Source of the DNA: an uncultured Acidobacteriota bacterium
Lineage (GTDB): Bacteria; Acidobacteriota; Thermoanaerobaculia; Gp7-AA8
DNA: 64,000 nucleotides
Assembly: GCA_963822445.1 (NCBI GenBank)
Contig: CAWGHO010000003.1
Span: 1,088,001 to 1,152,000, forward strand
Direction of reading: 5' to 3'
The notes under the pieces are model-generated. The model saw only the letters and a list, made by a program, of their open reading frames with translations, did not search any database and was not told the origin of the DNA. Of this stretch, positions 27,532 to 36,946 are shown in pieces (the first letter of the stretch is position 1; the number at the start of each line of letters is the position of its first letter). A program made the position numbers and the translations under genes.

Positions 27532-29075
27532 CTGCTCATGTTCGGAAGCCCGAGCCAGAACCCGGCGGGGTACATCACGTAGCCCTTCAGGTCCTTATCC
27601 ATCACCGCGACGTTGATCTGGTGGTAGAGCGAAAGGTAGGGCAGGTCTTCCTGCACGATCTTCTGGATCTCGGCGTAAATCTGCTTGCGCTTGGCGCGAT
27701 CGAACGTGCCGCGGCCCTGCGTGATCAGCGCATCCACCCGCGGGTTGCTGTAGTACCCGCGGTTCTGCCCCTCGGGCGGGAAGTTCTTCGAGTGGAAGAT
27801 GACGTAGTAAAAGTCCGGATCCTGGATGCCGTTCCGGCTCAGCGAGTACATGTCGAAGTTGCCCTTGCCGATGTCCTCGAAGAACGTGCCCGTCTCGACC
27901 GACTGCACTTTCATGTCGATGCCCACCTGCTTGAGCATCTGCTGGATCGCGACCGCGCGCTGATTGGCTTCCGCACTCGTGGAGGTCTTGAACGTGAGCG
28001 AGAACCGCGGCTGCGGGCCGTCGCCGTCCGGATCCCGGTAACCCGCCTGATCGAGAAGCTGTTTCGCGCGCGCGGGGTCGTACGGATAGGTCGGCAGATT
28101 TGCGGCGCGGACCCAATGGCCCTCGCCGAACATGGTGTCCGTGGGAACGCCGTGGCCGCCGAGGAGGTCCTTGGCGATCTTGGCGCGATCGATGGAGTGG
28201 GCGATCGCGCGGCGCACGTCGACCTTTGCCAGGACCGGATTCTTGAGATTGAAGGCGAGATACTGCCACACCGAGCCGGCTTTCTTGATGACCTGGTGTT
28301 TCGGGCTGTTCTCGAACTCCTTCACGCTCTCGAAGGGAATGGCGTTCACTTCGAAGTCGATCGAGCCGCGGCGCAGCTCGAGGACGCGCGTCGTTTCATC
28401 GGGGATGGTGCGGACGGTCAGGTGCTTGATCTTCGGCACACCGTGATGCCATCCGTCGAAAGCCTCGAGCTCGACGGCTTCGTCCGTCCGGTACTCGATG
28501 ATCTTGTATGGACCGGATGAGATCGGCTTCGACTTCATCGCGTTCGCATCCGAGTTTGCCGGCACGATCCCCATGTTCAGGTTGTCGAACAGGCCGCCGT
28601 TCGGCTCGCGCAGATGGAGGATGACCGTTTTCGCGTCCGGCGCTTCGATGCGCTCGACGGCGGAGTAGCCGGAAGCCTTGGTGTTCTGCACGGTCTGATT
28701 GATGACCGATTCGTAGGTCCACTTCACGTCCTGCGCGGTGACGGGGCGTCCGTCGTGGAACTTCGCGTTCGGATTGAGGTGGAAGATGATGGTCTTGTCG
28801 TCCGGCGTCTCCCAGTTGGTGGCCAGATCGGGCGCGTAATCCATCTCCGGCGTGACCCGGATCAGGCCGCGGCAGCAGAGGTCGAAGATCCGTCCGGAGA
28901 CGTTGTCGTTGCCGACCCGCGGGTCGAGGTTGGTGGGGGCGCTGGTGGCCGCGATGACCATCCGGTTCGCGTCGGCCTCCCCGCCGCTCCCCCCGGCCTT
29001 CTTTTCGCCACCGCCGCATCCTGTCAGTGCGACCGCGAAAACGGCCGCGAGCACGAGCAAATACCGCGTTCTCAT
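27528..29075 (-). CDS. ABC transporter substrate-binding lipoprotein, family 5 (peptide/nickel)
   Basis: Lipobox LTGC; KFHDG.PVTA.DV, SGPYK, DVRRAI, YDP.RAK.LL. Confidence 0.92.
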   Translation of the reverse strand: MRTRYLLVLAAVFAVALTGCGGGEKKAGGSGGEADANRMVIAATSAPTNLDPRVGNDNVSGRIFDLCCRGLIRVTPEMDYAPDLATNWETPDDKTIIFHLNPNAKFHDGRPVTAQDVKWTYESVINQTVQNTKASGYSAVERIEAPDAKTVILHLREPNGGLFDNLNMGIVPANSDANAMKSKPISSGPYKIIEYRTDEAVELEAFDGWHHGVPKIKHLTVRTIPDETTRVLELRRGSIDFEVNAIPFESVKEFENSPKHQVIKKAGSVWQYLAFNLKNPVLAKVDVRRAIAHSIDRAKIAKDLLGGHGVPTDTMFGEGHWVRAANLPTYPYDPARAKQLLDQAGYRDPDGDGPQPRFSLTFKTSTSAEANQRAVAIQQMLKQVGIDMKVQSVETGTFFEDIGKGNFDMYSLSRNGIQDPDFYYVIFHSKNFPPEGQNRGYYSNPRVDALITQGRGTFDRAKRKQIYAEIQKIVQEDLPYLSLYHQINVAVMDKDLKGYVMYPAGFWLGLPNMSR

Positions 29076-29118
29076 TCGTTACTCCTCCGTCCGGTGAGTT
29101 ACAAGAGGAATGCCCGGG

Positions 29119-29248
29119 GTAGTACGGCGCTGGCGCGCCTCGCCGTAAGCAGTAGGCGGTAGGCAGGGGGCCGCCACACGCCCACGTGGCCGGGCGCGGT
29201 CCACTGCCTACCGCCTACCGCGAGGCGCGCAGCGCCGTACTGCCTACT
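29119..29248. repeat. Long hairpin containing GGCAGTA-family 7-mers
   Basis: agtacggcgctggcgcgcctcgc...agtaggcggtaggcag pairs with ctgcctaccgcctacc gcgaggcgcgcagcgccgtact. Confidence 0.8.
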
Positions 29249-29264
29249 TGTATGATCGCCCGCC

Positions 29265-31388
29265 ATGTCGTTCAGAACACTCACTCTTATCTGCGCCGCG
29301 CTGATCGCGACCACCGCGGCGGCGCAACAGCAGAAAGTCATCGTCCTCGGATTCGACGGCGTCGACGCCAACTACACCGAGCGCTGGATGAACGAGGGGA
29401 AGCTGCCCAACCTCGCTAAGTTGCGGGCCCAGGGCACTTTCCGGCCGCTGTTGCCGACGACGCCCGCGCAGACGCCGGTGTCCTGGTCGACCTTCAGCAC
29501 GGGTATCGACCCCGGCCGTACGGGGATCTTCGACTTCCTTCGCCGCGATCCGAAAACGTACCTGCCGGTATTCGCCGCGTTCGACGAGACCACCGAGCCG
29601 TTCCTCCTCGGCGATCGCAACCCGTTCGTCTTCGGCGGCGGCCTGGGCCTGCTCTTTCTGATCATCGCGGCGATTCTTTTCGCGCGGCGGCGGCGCGTCG
29701 GCGGTGCGATCGTCGCGGTGTTGGCAATCGGATTGGGCGCTGCAGTTTTTTACGTCGTCCAGAAGTACATCCCGGCCACGCGCCCCGGCGTGATCAATCG
29801 CCGGCAGGGTACTCCGTTCTGGGAAGTCGCCGCGAAGGCGGGGAAGAAGTCGACGATCATCCACGTCCCGGTCACGTTCCCGGCCACCGATTTTCATGAA
29901 GGCCACATGCTCTCGGGTCTCGGCGTGCCCGATGTCTCGGGCCGCGTCGGTAAGCCCTTCTACTTCACCTCCGAGCTCGACTTTCAGCGCGCCGGCACCA
30001 ACGAGTTCTCGATCGAGGTCGTGCAACTCGAGGACAACAAGGGCGTCGTCGAGACGAAGCTGCAGGGGCCGCCGAACAAGCTGTTCAAAGAGCCGCCCTA
30101 CATCTCCATCCCGATGACGATCACCGTCGCCGACGATCGCAATTCGATTCAGATCGCCGTCAGCGGACAGACCTTTACCTTGAAGCCCGGCGAATGGACG
30201 GACTGGGTGAACTTCGTCTTTCCCTTCAACCCGCTGATCAAGGTCCATGGCGTGAGCCGCTTCCATCTGCTGTCCGTGCAGCCGGAAGTGAAGCTCTACC
30301 TGTCGCCGATCAACTTCGATCCCCGCAAGCTGCCGCCGGGCTTCCGGATCTCCACTCCGTCGAAGTGGGCGCCTGAGGTGGCCGAGGAGCTGGGGATTTA
30401 CAAGACGCTCGGGTGGCAGATCGATACCTGGGCGATCTCCGAAGGCTTTGCCACGGAGAAGATCTTCTGGGACGACATGGAGTGGACGGTCAGGCAGTCG
30501 CGGAAGATGTTCGAGGCCTTCCTGAAACGGGACGACGACCTGATCGTGCAGTGTTTCGAGTTCCCGGATCGCGTCGGCCATGTGTTCTGGCGCATCGTCG
30601 ATCCGAAGCATCCGGCGTACGACGCGAAGCTTGCCGCGGAGTGGGGCGACGCGGTGCTGAAGTCGTATCAGCTGATGGACGAGATCGTCGGCGACGCCAT
30701 GGCGGCCGCGGCGCGCAAGAACGCGCTGCTGATCGTCGCGTCGGACCACGGCTTCGCGTCGTTCCGCAAGCACGTGCACTACAACACCTGGCTGGTGCTC
30801 AACGGCTACATGACCTTGAAGACCGGCGTGCAGGTGAAGGAGCGCAACGTGGAGATGCTCTTCGATCAGGGGCAGTTCTGGGAGAACGTCGACTGGTCGA
30901 AGACGCGCGCGTACGCGATGGGGCTCGGCGAGCTGTATGTGAACGTGAAAGGCCGCGAGGCGCAGGGTATCGTCGAGCCGGGCGCCGAATACGACGCCTT
31001 GAAGGCGGAGCTGAAACAGCGGCTCGTGGCCATGCAGGATCCGGAAGACGGCGCGTATCCCATCCGCCGCGTCCTCGCCCGCGAGGAGGTCTACAAGAAG
31101 TTCGACCCGAACATGATCCCCGACCTCTTCATCCTCAACAACGACGGCTACCGCGTCTCCTGGCAAACCTCCCTCGGCGGCGTCCCCAAGGACGTCTTCC
31201 AACCCAACAAAGCCGTCTGGAGCGGCGACCACTGCTCGGTCGACCCCGAGATCGTGAAGGGGATCTTCTTCACGAACCGGAAGGTGGCCAGCGGTCGGGC
31301 TCCGTATATCGCCGATGTGTATCCCACGGTGCTGGGCGCACTGGGGGTGAACGTGCCGTATGAGGTTGATGGGGTAGAGTTGCGATAG
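29265..31388 (+). CDS. Alkaline phosphatase superfamily (type I phosphodiesterase/nucleotide pyrophosphatase) protein
   Basis: Signal peptide; LGFDG, TPVSWS, DRVGH, SDHGF, SGDH; internal two-TM insert. Confidence 0.85.
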   Translation: MSFRTLTLICAALIATTAAAQQQKVIVLGFDGVDANYTERWMNEGKLPNLAKLRAQGTFRPLLPTTPAQTPVSWSTFSTGIDPGRTGIFDFLRRDPKTYLPVFAAFDETTEPFLLGDRNPFVFGGGLGLLFLIIAAILFARRRRVGGAIVAVLAIGLGAAVFYVVQKYIPATRPGVINRRQGTPFWEVAAKAGKKSTIIHVPVTFPATDFHEGHMLSGLGVPDVSGRVGKPFYFTSELDFQRAGTNEFSIEVVQLEDNKGVVETKLQGPPNKLFKEPPYISIPMTITVADDRNSIQIAVSGQTFTLKPGEWTDWVNFVFPFNPLIKVHGVSRFHLLSVQPEVKLYLSPINFDPRKLPPGFRISTPSKWAPEVAEELGIYKTLGWQIDTWAISEGFATEKIFWDDMEWTVRQSRKMFEAFLKRDDDLIVQCFEFPDRVGHVFWRIVDPKHPAYDAKLAAEWGDAVLKSYQLMDEIVGDAMAAAARKNALLIVASDHGFASFRKHVHYNTWLVLNGYMTLKTGVQVKERNVEMLFDQGQFWENVDWSKTRAYAMGLGELYVNVKGREAQGIVEPGAEYDALKAELKQRLVAMQDPEDGAYPIRRVLAREEVYKKFDPNMIPDLFILNNDGYRVSWQTSLGGVPKDVFQPNKAVWSGDHCSVDPEIVKGIFFTNRKVASGRAPYIADVYPTVLGALGVNVPYEVDGVELR

Positions 31389-31390
31389 AG

Positions 31391-31861
31391 ATGGACTTCG
31401 GAAAGGTGTTCGATTTCATCCGCGCAATGAACCGTGAAGGTGTCGACTACATCACCTTCGGAGCGGTGGCGCTCAACCTGCACGGCGTCATCCGCGCTAC
31501 CACGGACGCCGATTTTTTCATCAAGCCCGAACGCGAGAACATCGAACGGCTCAAGCGTGCTTTGCGATCCATCTGGAGCGATCCTCACATTGACGAAATC
31601 ACTGCCGATGACCTCCTCGGCGACTATCCTTCGGTGATGTATGGGCCACCGGATGAAAGCTTCAGCTTTGACTTTCTCACACGGCTCGGGGAGGTCTACT
31701 CGTACGACAATCTTCCGTCTGAAGTGATCGAGTACGAAGGCATTCCTATTCGAGTCGTAACGGCTGCGAAGTTGTACGAGATGAAGAGCAACACGGTCCG
31801 GGGTCAGGACAAGGTGGATGCCGGCAGGCTCAACAGCAAATTTCGTTTCGAGGAACACTGA
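31391..31861 (+). CDS. Nucleotidyltransferase family protein (putative toxin)
   Basis: GAVAL..HG..RATTDAD, K...R.QD..D. Confidence 0.82.
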   Translation: MDFGKVFDFIRAMNREGVDYITFGAVALNLHGVIRATTDADFFIKPERENIERLKRALRSIWSDPHIDEITADDLLGDYPSVMYGPPDESFSFDFLTRLGEVYSYDNLPSEVIEYEGIPIRVVTAAKLYEMKSNTVRGQDKVDAGRLNSKFRFEEH

Positions 31862-32112
31862 TGCCGGTTCGCAAATATCGCTCGATCGAAGAGATGAACG
31901 CCGAGCGTGACTGGCTCGAAACGGGCGATCCCGCCATTCCTCGCAAGATCCGCTACCTTTGGGCTTTATCCGATGCGCTGCTCGGCTCTGTAGGAACGTG
32001 CATTCCACGAGGAGTGCGCCGATACCGCTCCATAGAGGACGCGAACGCGGACAGAGATCGCTGGGAACAACTGCGCGTCGACCGCATCCGCGCGCGGAAC
32101 GAGCGCAAATAG
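31861..32112 (+). CDS. Small partner protein of the nucleotidyltransferase
   Basis: TGATG coupling; repeated V.(K/R)YRSIE motif. Confidence 0.7.
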   Translation: MPVRKYRSIEEMNAERDWLETGDPAIPRKIRYLWALSDALLGSVGTCIPRGVRRYRSIEDANADRDRWEQLRVDRIRARNERK

Positions 32113-32128
32113 GTGTCGTTGCCACTCT

Positions 32129-32163
32129 CTTTGAGACTTTGCGACTCTGAGACTCTGAGACTC
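32129..32163. repeat. Tandem 8-mer repeat (GACTCTGA), single arm
   Basis: ctttgaga ctttgcga ctctgaga ctctgaga ctc. Confidence 0.7.
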
Positions 32164-32183
32164 CACAAACAGAAAGCCAACCA

Positions 32184-33377
32184 TTGGATTACAAACGCCT
32201 CCTCACCCAGGTCGAGCGCACGCTCGAGGCCATCGACACTTCCGAGTCGAACACCGTCACGGTCTCGCAGATCGCCGAAACCATCGCCACGAATTTCCGC
32301 GAAGAGCTGGGGATCACCGGCGGGCGGGTTTATGAGAATCGCGATGATGCGTACGAGCTCGTGGCGCGGTTCGGTGAGGACCATGAAGGGGAGCTGGGGA
32401 TCACAGTGCCGCGCGAGTACCGGCCGGTCGAGCTCGCGCTCGAGAACGGCATCGTGGTCATGGACCCGAGCGATCCCGGCTTCGATCTCGCCCTCGAACA
32501 GAAGCTCGGCGCGCGGCGGTTCTGCGCGATCTCCGTCGGCGACGAGGACTACATCATCGCCTTCAACGTCTCCCCGTCGCTCGTTCGCGAGGACATCCTC
32601 TTCTCGCTGAACCTCATCCGCTACGCGATCAACAATCGCATCCGCACGCAGTGGTACGAGTCGCTGATCGTCGAAGCGCAGCGCATCCAGCAGTCCATCC
32701 TGCCGCAGCGCATTCCGCAGTACGCCGGCTACGACATCTGGGGCCGGACCGTGGCCGCGGAAGTGGTCAGCGGCGATTTCTACGATTTCATCCCCGTCTC
32801 CGACAGCATCCTCGGCCTCGCCGTCGCCGACGGCTCCGGCCACGGACTGCCGGCGGCGCTGGTCGTACGCGATGTGTACATGGGCCTGCGCATGGCCACC
32901 GATCGCGATTTCAAGATCGTGCGGACGGTGGAGAAGCTCAACCAGATCATCCACCGCGGCCGCCTGACCACGAAGTTCGTCTCGCTGTTCTACGGCGAGC
33001 TCGAAACGGGCGGAATCCTCATCTACTGCAATGCCGGCCACAATCCGCCGTTCCTCCTCCGCGCGAACGGCAAGACCGAGTTCCTTCACTCCACCGGACC
33101 GGTCCTCGGACCCACTCCCGACGCCACCTACACCCGCGGGTTCGCGAAGCTCGAGCCGGGCGATCTGCTCTGCCTCTACTCCGACGGCATCATTGAAGCC
33201 CACGACAAGAAAGATCGTGAATTCGGGACCGATCGCCTCGTCCGTCTCGTCAAAGCGAGCCGCCAGCGCACGTCGAGCGAGATCGGCAAAGAAGTCCTGG
33301 CCAAAGTGAAGGAGTGGGGAAGGGCGGCCGAAGACGACCGGACCATCGTCATCGTGAAGGCCGTTCCCGTCAGCTGA
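32184..33377 (+). CDS. PP2C (SpoIIE/RsbU-like) Ser/Thr phosphatase with N-terminal GAF-like domain
   Basis: SGDFYD, ADGSGHG, NAGHNP, YSDG, DDRT. Confidence 0.9.
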   Translation: MDYKRLLTQVERTLEAIDTSESNTVTVSQIAETIATNFREELGITGGRVYENRDDAYELVARFGEDHEGELGITVPREYRPVELALENGIVVMDPSDPGFDLALEQKLGARRFCAISVGDEDYIIAFNVSPSLVREDILFSLNLIRYAINNRIRTQWYESLIVEAQRIQQSILPQRIPQYAGYDIWGRTVAAEVVSGDFYDFIPVSDSILGLAVADGSGHGLPAALVVRDVYMGLRMATDRDFKIVRTVEKLNQIIHRGRLTTKFVSLFYGELETGGILIYCNAGHNPPFLLRANGKTEFLHSTGPVLGPTPDATYTRGFAKLEPGDLLCLYSDGIIEAHDKKDREFGTDRLVRLVKASRQRTSSEIGKEVLAKVKEWGRAAEDDRTIVIVKAVPVS

Positions 33378-34234
33378 TGCCGGACGTCCTCTACTTCAAC
33401 GGCCGGTTCACCACGACCGACGAGCGCGTGCTGACGGTCGAGGACCGCGGCTTCCAGTTCGCCGACTCCGTTTATGAGGTCTACAAGTTCATCGGCAAGC
33501 GGCCGATCTTTCTCCTCGATCACTTCGAGCGGATGCAGCGCGGCCTCCAGGAGATCGAGATCCGCTGCCCGTGGGACGAGACCTCGTTCAAGGAGACGTC
33601 GCGGGAGCTGCTGGACCGCACGTCCTTCGATGATGGCATCGTCTACATCCAGGTCACGCGCGGCGAAGCTCCGCGGACTCATTTCTGGCCGGAGAACGTC
33701 GCGCCGACGGCCGTCGCTTACTCGCGTAGCTTCAAGTTTCCCGATGCGACGAAGAAAGAGCTCGGAATCAAAGCGATCACTACGCGTGATCTGCGCTGGA
33801 GCGCCTGCCACGTGAAATCGACGAACCTGCTCGGTAATGCGATGGCCAAGAAAGAAGCGCAGCGCGGGGGAGCGGAGGAGGCGATCCTGCTCGCGGACGA
33901 CGACCGCACCGTTCGCGAAGGCGCGAGCTCGAGTTTCTTCGCGGTGAGGGGCGGCCGCATCGTCACGCACCCGCTCGATGAGCACATTCTTCCCGGCGTC
34001 GTCCGCGATCGCGTGATCGGCCTGGCCATCGCCGCGAAGATCCGCGTGGACGAGCGCCCGCTGCGCGAAGCGGAGCTGTTCGATCTCGACGAGGCCTTCA
34101 TCACCAGCACGACTCAGGGGGTCATGCCGGTGACGGAGATCGACTCGCGGGTGATCGGGAACAGCAGGCGCGGCGAGATCACCACGGAGATTCAGCGGCT
34201 GTTCGACCGGCTGGAATCGTCGTCAGCGGGCTAG
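33377..34234 (+). CDS. Class IV aminotransferase (D-amino acid transaminase-like)
   Basis: DRGFQFADSVYE, YIQVTRG, KSTNLL, EGASS, ILPGVVR, DEAFITS. Confidence 0.9.
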   Translation: MPDVLYFNGRFTTTDERVLTVEDRGFQFADSVYEVYKFIGKRPIFLLDHFERMQRGLQEIEIRCPWDETSFKETSRELLDRTSFDDGIVYIQVTRGEAPRTHFWPENVAPTAVAYSRSFKFPDATKKELGIKAITTRDLRWSACHVKSTNLLGNAMAKKEAQRGGAEEAILLADDDRTVREGASSSFFAVRGGRIVTHPLDEHILPGVVRDRVIGLAIAAKIRVDERPLREAELFDLDEAFITSTTQGVMPVTEIDSRVIGNSRRGEITTEIQRLFDRLESSSAG

Positions 34235-34479
34235 TGCCGCTGATGCCGGCGGGAAAACGGTCCGGACACGCCCAGGTTCTCCCGCGCGGTCACGATGAAC
34301 CAGATTCCGCACGCCGCCGACGCGGCCAGACAAACCTGCATCGCCCGATCGAGGATTGCTGCCGCGGCCCACGAATCGACCACGAACCAGACGAGCACCA
34401 CGAGCGCGCTCACTGCGTAGGTCACGCCGAGCGCTGCAAGAACGACATTGCCGCTGCGAGAGCGAATCACCATTCTCAC
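34231..34479 (-). CDS. Small 2-TM membrane protein
   Basis: Two hydrophobic helices; GGAGG RBS. Confidence 0.6.
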   Translation of the reverse strand: MRMVIRSRSGNVVLAALGVTYAVSALVVLVWFVVDSWAAAAILDRAMQVCLAASAACGIWFIVTARENLGVSGPFSRRHQRH

Positions 34480-34542
34480 GTCGCACCCTCCTCTGAAATT
34501 GAGGATTGAGTATACACCTGGGCGGAGTTAAGGCAGGGTCGC

Positions 34543-35283
34543 TCAGTCGGAGATGATGTCGCCGAGGATTCCGTTTCCGAGGCCTGCCAGGCCGCGGGCT
34601 TCGCCGCGGTTCGCGCCGGCTGCCGCGGCCACGCGATTCGCGAAACGGCTGAAGGGGAGGGTCTGCAGCACGACGTGTCCCGGCCCGGTCAGCACGGCGA
34701 AGAACAGCCCCTCGCCGCCGAACAGCGCGTTCTTGAATCCGCCGACGTACTGGATGTCGTAGCGGACGGACTCCGCCATCGAGACGATGCATCCCGTGTC
34801 CACGCGCAGTTGCTCGTTCGGCGCGAGGTCGAACTCGAGCATGTTCCCGCCGGCATGCAGGAAAACGAGTCCGTGGCCGGAGAGCTTCTGGAGGATGAAT
34901 CCCTCGCCGCCGAACAGACCGGCCCCGAAGCGCTTGGTGAAGGCGATGGAGAGGTCGATGTTCCCGATGCCGCAGAGGAAGGCATTGCGCTCCGCGAGAA
35001 CGGTGTTGCCGCGCAACTCGATGGGGAAGATTTTTCCGGCGATCGGATTGGCCAGGGCCATCTTGCCTTCGCCGGCGTGGCAGCGGAAAACGCTCATGAA
35101 CATCGACTCGCCGGCCAGGAACTTCCGCATCAGCCCTTTGACGATGCCGCCCTGCATTTTGGCCTGCAGCTCGACACCGTTGCCCATGTACAGCATCGAC
35201 CCGGCCTCGGCGAACAGCTCCTCGTTCTGCCTGAGCGTGACCTGCAGCGCCTGCATCACATCGCCGACGATTTTGTAATCCAA
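34543..35283 (-). CDS. TIGR00266 / AIM24 family protein
   Basis: AEAGSM, AGES.F, GLFGGEGFILQ, VDTGC, GPG.V.LQTLP. Confidence 0.9.
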   Translation of the reverse strand: MDYKIVGDVMQALQVTLRQNEELFAEAGSMLYMGNGVELQAKMQGGIVKGLMRKFLAGESMFMSVFRCHAGEGKMALANPIAGKIFPIELRGNTVLAERNAFLCGIGNIDLSIAFTKRFGAGLFGGEGFILQKLSGHGLVFLHAGGNMLEFDLAPNEQLRVDTGCIVSMAESVRYDIQYVGGFKNALFGGEGLFFAVLTGPGHVVLQTLPFSRFANRVAAAAGANRGEARGLAGLGNGILGDIISD

Positions 35284-35322
35284 TGTTCGACTTCCTCCGC
35301 CGAGCGATTGTATCTTGCGGTC

Positions 35323-36000
35323 ATGGACGTACAGGGGCTCATTGACGAAGCAGAAGACGCGCTCATCGACGGCGAACTGGAGCGCGCGCAACGCGCCGGC
35401 GAACGGCTGCTCGACGCACGGCACGTACGCGGGTTCGAAGTGCTGGCGCGGGTGCATCAGCAGCGCGGCGATCTCGCCGCGGCGATCGCCGTGGTCGAGG
35501 ATGGAGTCGCGAAAGCCGCACGCGCGTGGCCCCTTCGCCTGCTCCTCGGCGAGCTCCGCTCCGAGAACGGCGATTACGACGCGGCGCTCGAGGCCTATGA
35601 CTCGGCGGCCGCCATCGAAGGCGCGGACATCGACGAGATTCATGTGAACGCCGCGATCGTGCTCCATCGCGCCGGCCGTTACGAGGAAGCGTTGAAACGG
35701 CTCGATCGCGCTCCGGGCGAAAGCGATGAGACGGTCTTCGCCGCCGCGCGTGTGCGGGCCGACGTTCTGAACCTGCTGGGCCGTCCCGACGAAGCGATCG
35801 CCGCCGCGGAGGCGGGCCTCGAGCATGTGACCGACGACATCGATACCAGCGACGTGGCCGAGCTCTACACGTCGATGGCCAAAGCATCGTTCATGAAGGG
35901 CGATCGAAAGGAAGCGTCGCGGCGCGCGCGTGAGGCGCTGGCCCTCGATCCCGAGGACGCGACCGCGCGCGGCATCCTTCGCGAGCTCGAAAGGCGTTGA
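35323..36000 (+). CDS. Tetratricopeptide repeat protein
   Basis: Repeated G.Y..A helices, ALALDPED. Confidence 0.8.
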   Translation: MDVQGLIDEAEDALIDGELERAQRAGERLLDARHVRGFEVLARVHQQRGDLAAAIAVVEDGVAKAARAWPLRLLLGELRSENGDYDAALEAYDSAAAIEGADIDEIHVNAAIVLHRAGRYEEALKRLDRAPGESDETVFAAARVRADVLNLLGRPDEAIAAAEAGLEHVTDDIDTSDVAELYTSMAKASFMKGDRKEASRRAREALALDPEDATARGILRELERR

Positions 36001-36851
36001 TGCGCCAGACGGTCTCGGAGGCGCAGGCGCTGCTGGACGCGCTCGCGGCGGTGTTCCCCGATTCCTCGAAGACCACGTTGCGCCAGATGCTTCAGGCGGG
36101 CCGCGTCCGCGTGAACGGCGAGATCGAAAAGAACGCGCGACGCGAGCTCGAGCCCGGCGACGCGATCGACATTGGCCAGAAAGCGGTGCAGCTCACACTG
36201 CCGCCTGGACTGGCGATTCTTCATGAAGACGAGGACCTGATCGTCGTCCTCAAATCGCATGGCCTGCTCACCGTGGCCACCGAGCGCGAGCGCGATACGA
36301 CGACGCAGGCCTACCTGAACGACTACCTCAAGCAGAAAGGCGAGGAGCGCATCCACGTCGTGCATCGCCTGGATCGCGAGACCTCGGGGGTGCTCGTGTT
36401 CGCGAAGAACTTCGAGACGCGCGAGACGCTGAAGAATCAGTTCGCCGCGCACGACGTCGACCGCGTCTACGTCGCCATCGTGGAAGGAGAGATGGATCCG
36501 CCGCGCGGCACGATCGAGTCCTACCTGCGCGAGCGCCGCGACCTGCGCATGGAAAGCGTGAAGTCCCATCCGGACGCGAAGCTCGCCGTGACGCACTACC
36601 GCACCATCCAGACGAAGAAACCGTACTCGATGCTGGAGATCACGCTGGAGACGGGCCGGAAGAATCAGATCCGCACGCATCTGTCGGAGGCTGGGCATCC
36701 GGTGGTCGGTGACCGGATGTACGGCAGTACCGTGAATCCGATCGGACGGTTGGGGTTACACGCGAAGTTGCTGGGGTTTGATCATCCGACGACGGGGAAA
36801 CACGTGGTGTTCACGGCGCCGATCCCTTCGGCGTTCAAGAAGGTGTTTTAG
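36000..36851 (+). CDS. RluA family pseudouridine synthase (with S4 domain)
   Basis: VHRLDRETSG, TGRKNQIR.H, GD..YG, LHA. Confidence 0.92.
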   Translation: MRQTVSEAQALLDALAAVFPDSSKTTLRQMLQAGRVRVNGEIEKNARRELEPGDAIDIGQKAVQLTLPPGLAILHEDEDLIVVLKSHGLLTVATERERDTTTQAYLNDYLKQKGEERIHVVHRLDRETSGVLVFAKNFETRETLKNQFAAHDVDRVYVAIVEGEMDPPRGTIESYLRERRDLRMESVKSHPDAKLAVTHYRTIQTKKPYSMLEITLETGRKNQIRTHLSEAGHPVVGDRMYGSTVNPIGRLGLHAKLLGFDHPTTGKHVVFTAPIPSAFKKVF

Positions 36852-36857
36852 CGAAGC

Positions 36858-36944
36858 TCTGGACTGCGGTAGCGCAGCTACCGCTCTGACTTGCGGCGGC
36901 AGAGCCGCCGCGTAGAGAGCGGCAGCTCTACTGCCGCAGTCCAG
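36858..36944. repeat. REP-like inverted doublet between convergent genes
   Basis: tctggactgcggtagcgcagctaccgct ... agcggcagctctactgccgcagtccaga. Confidence 0.75.
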
Positions 36945-36946
36945 AA

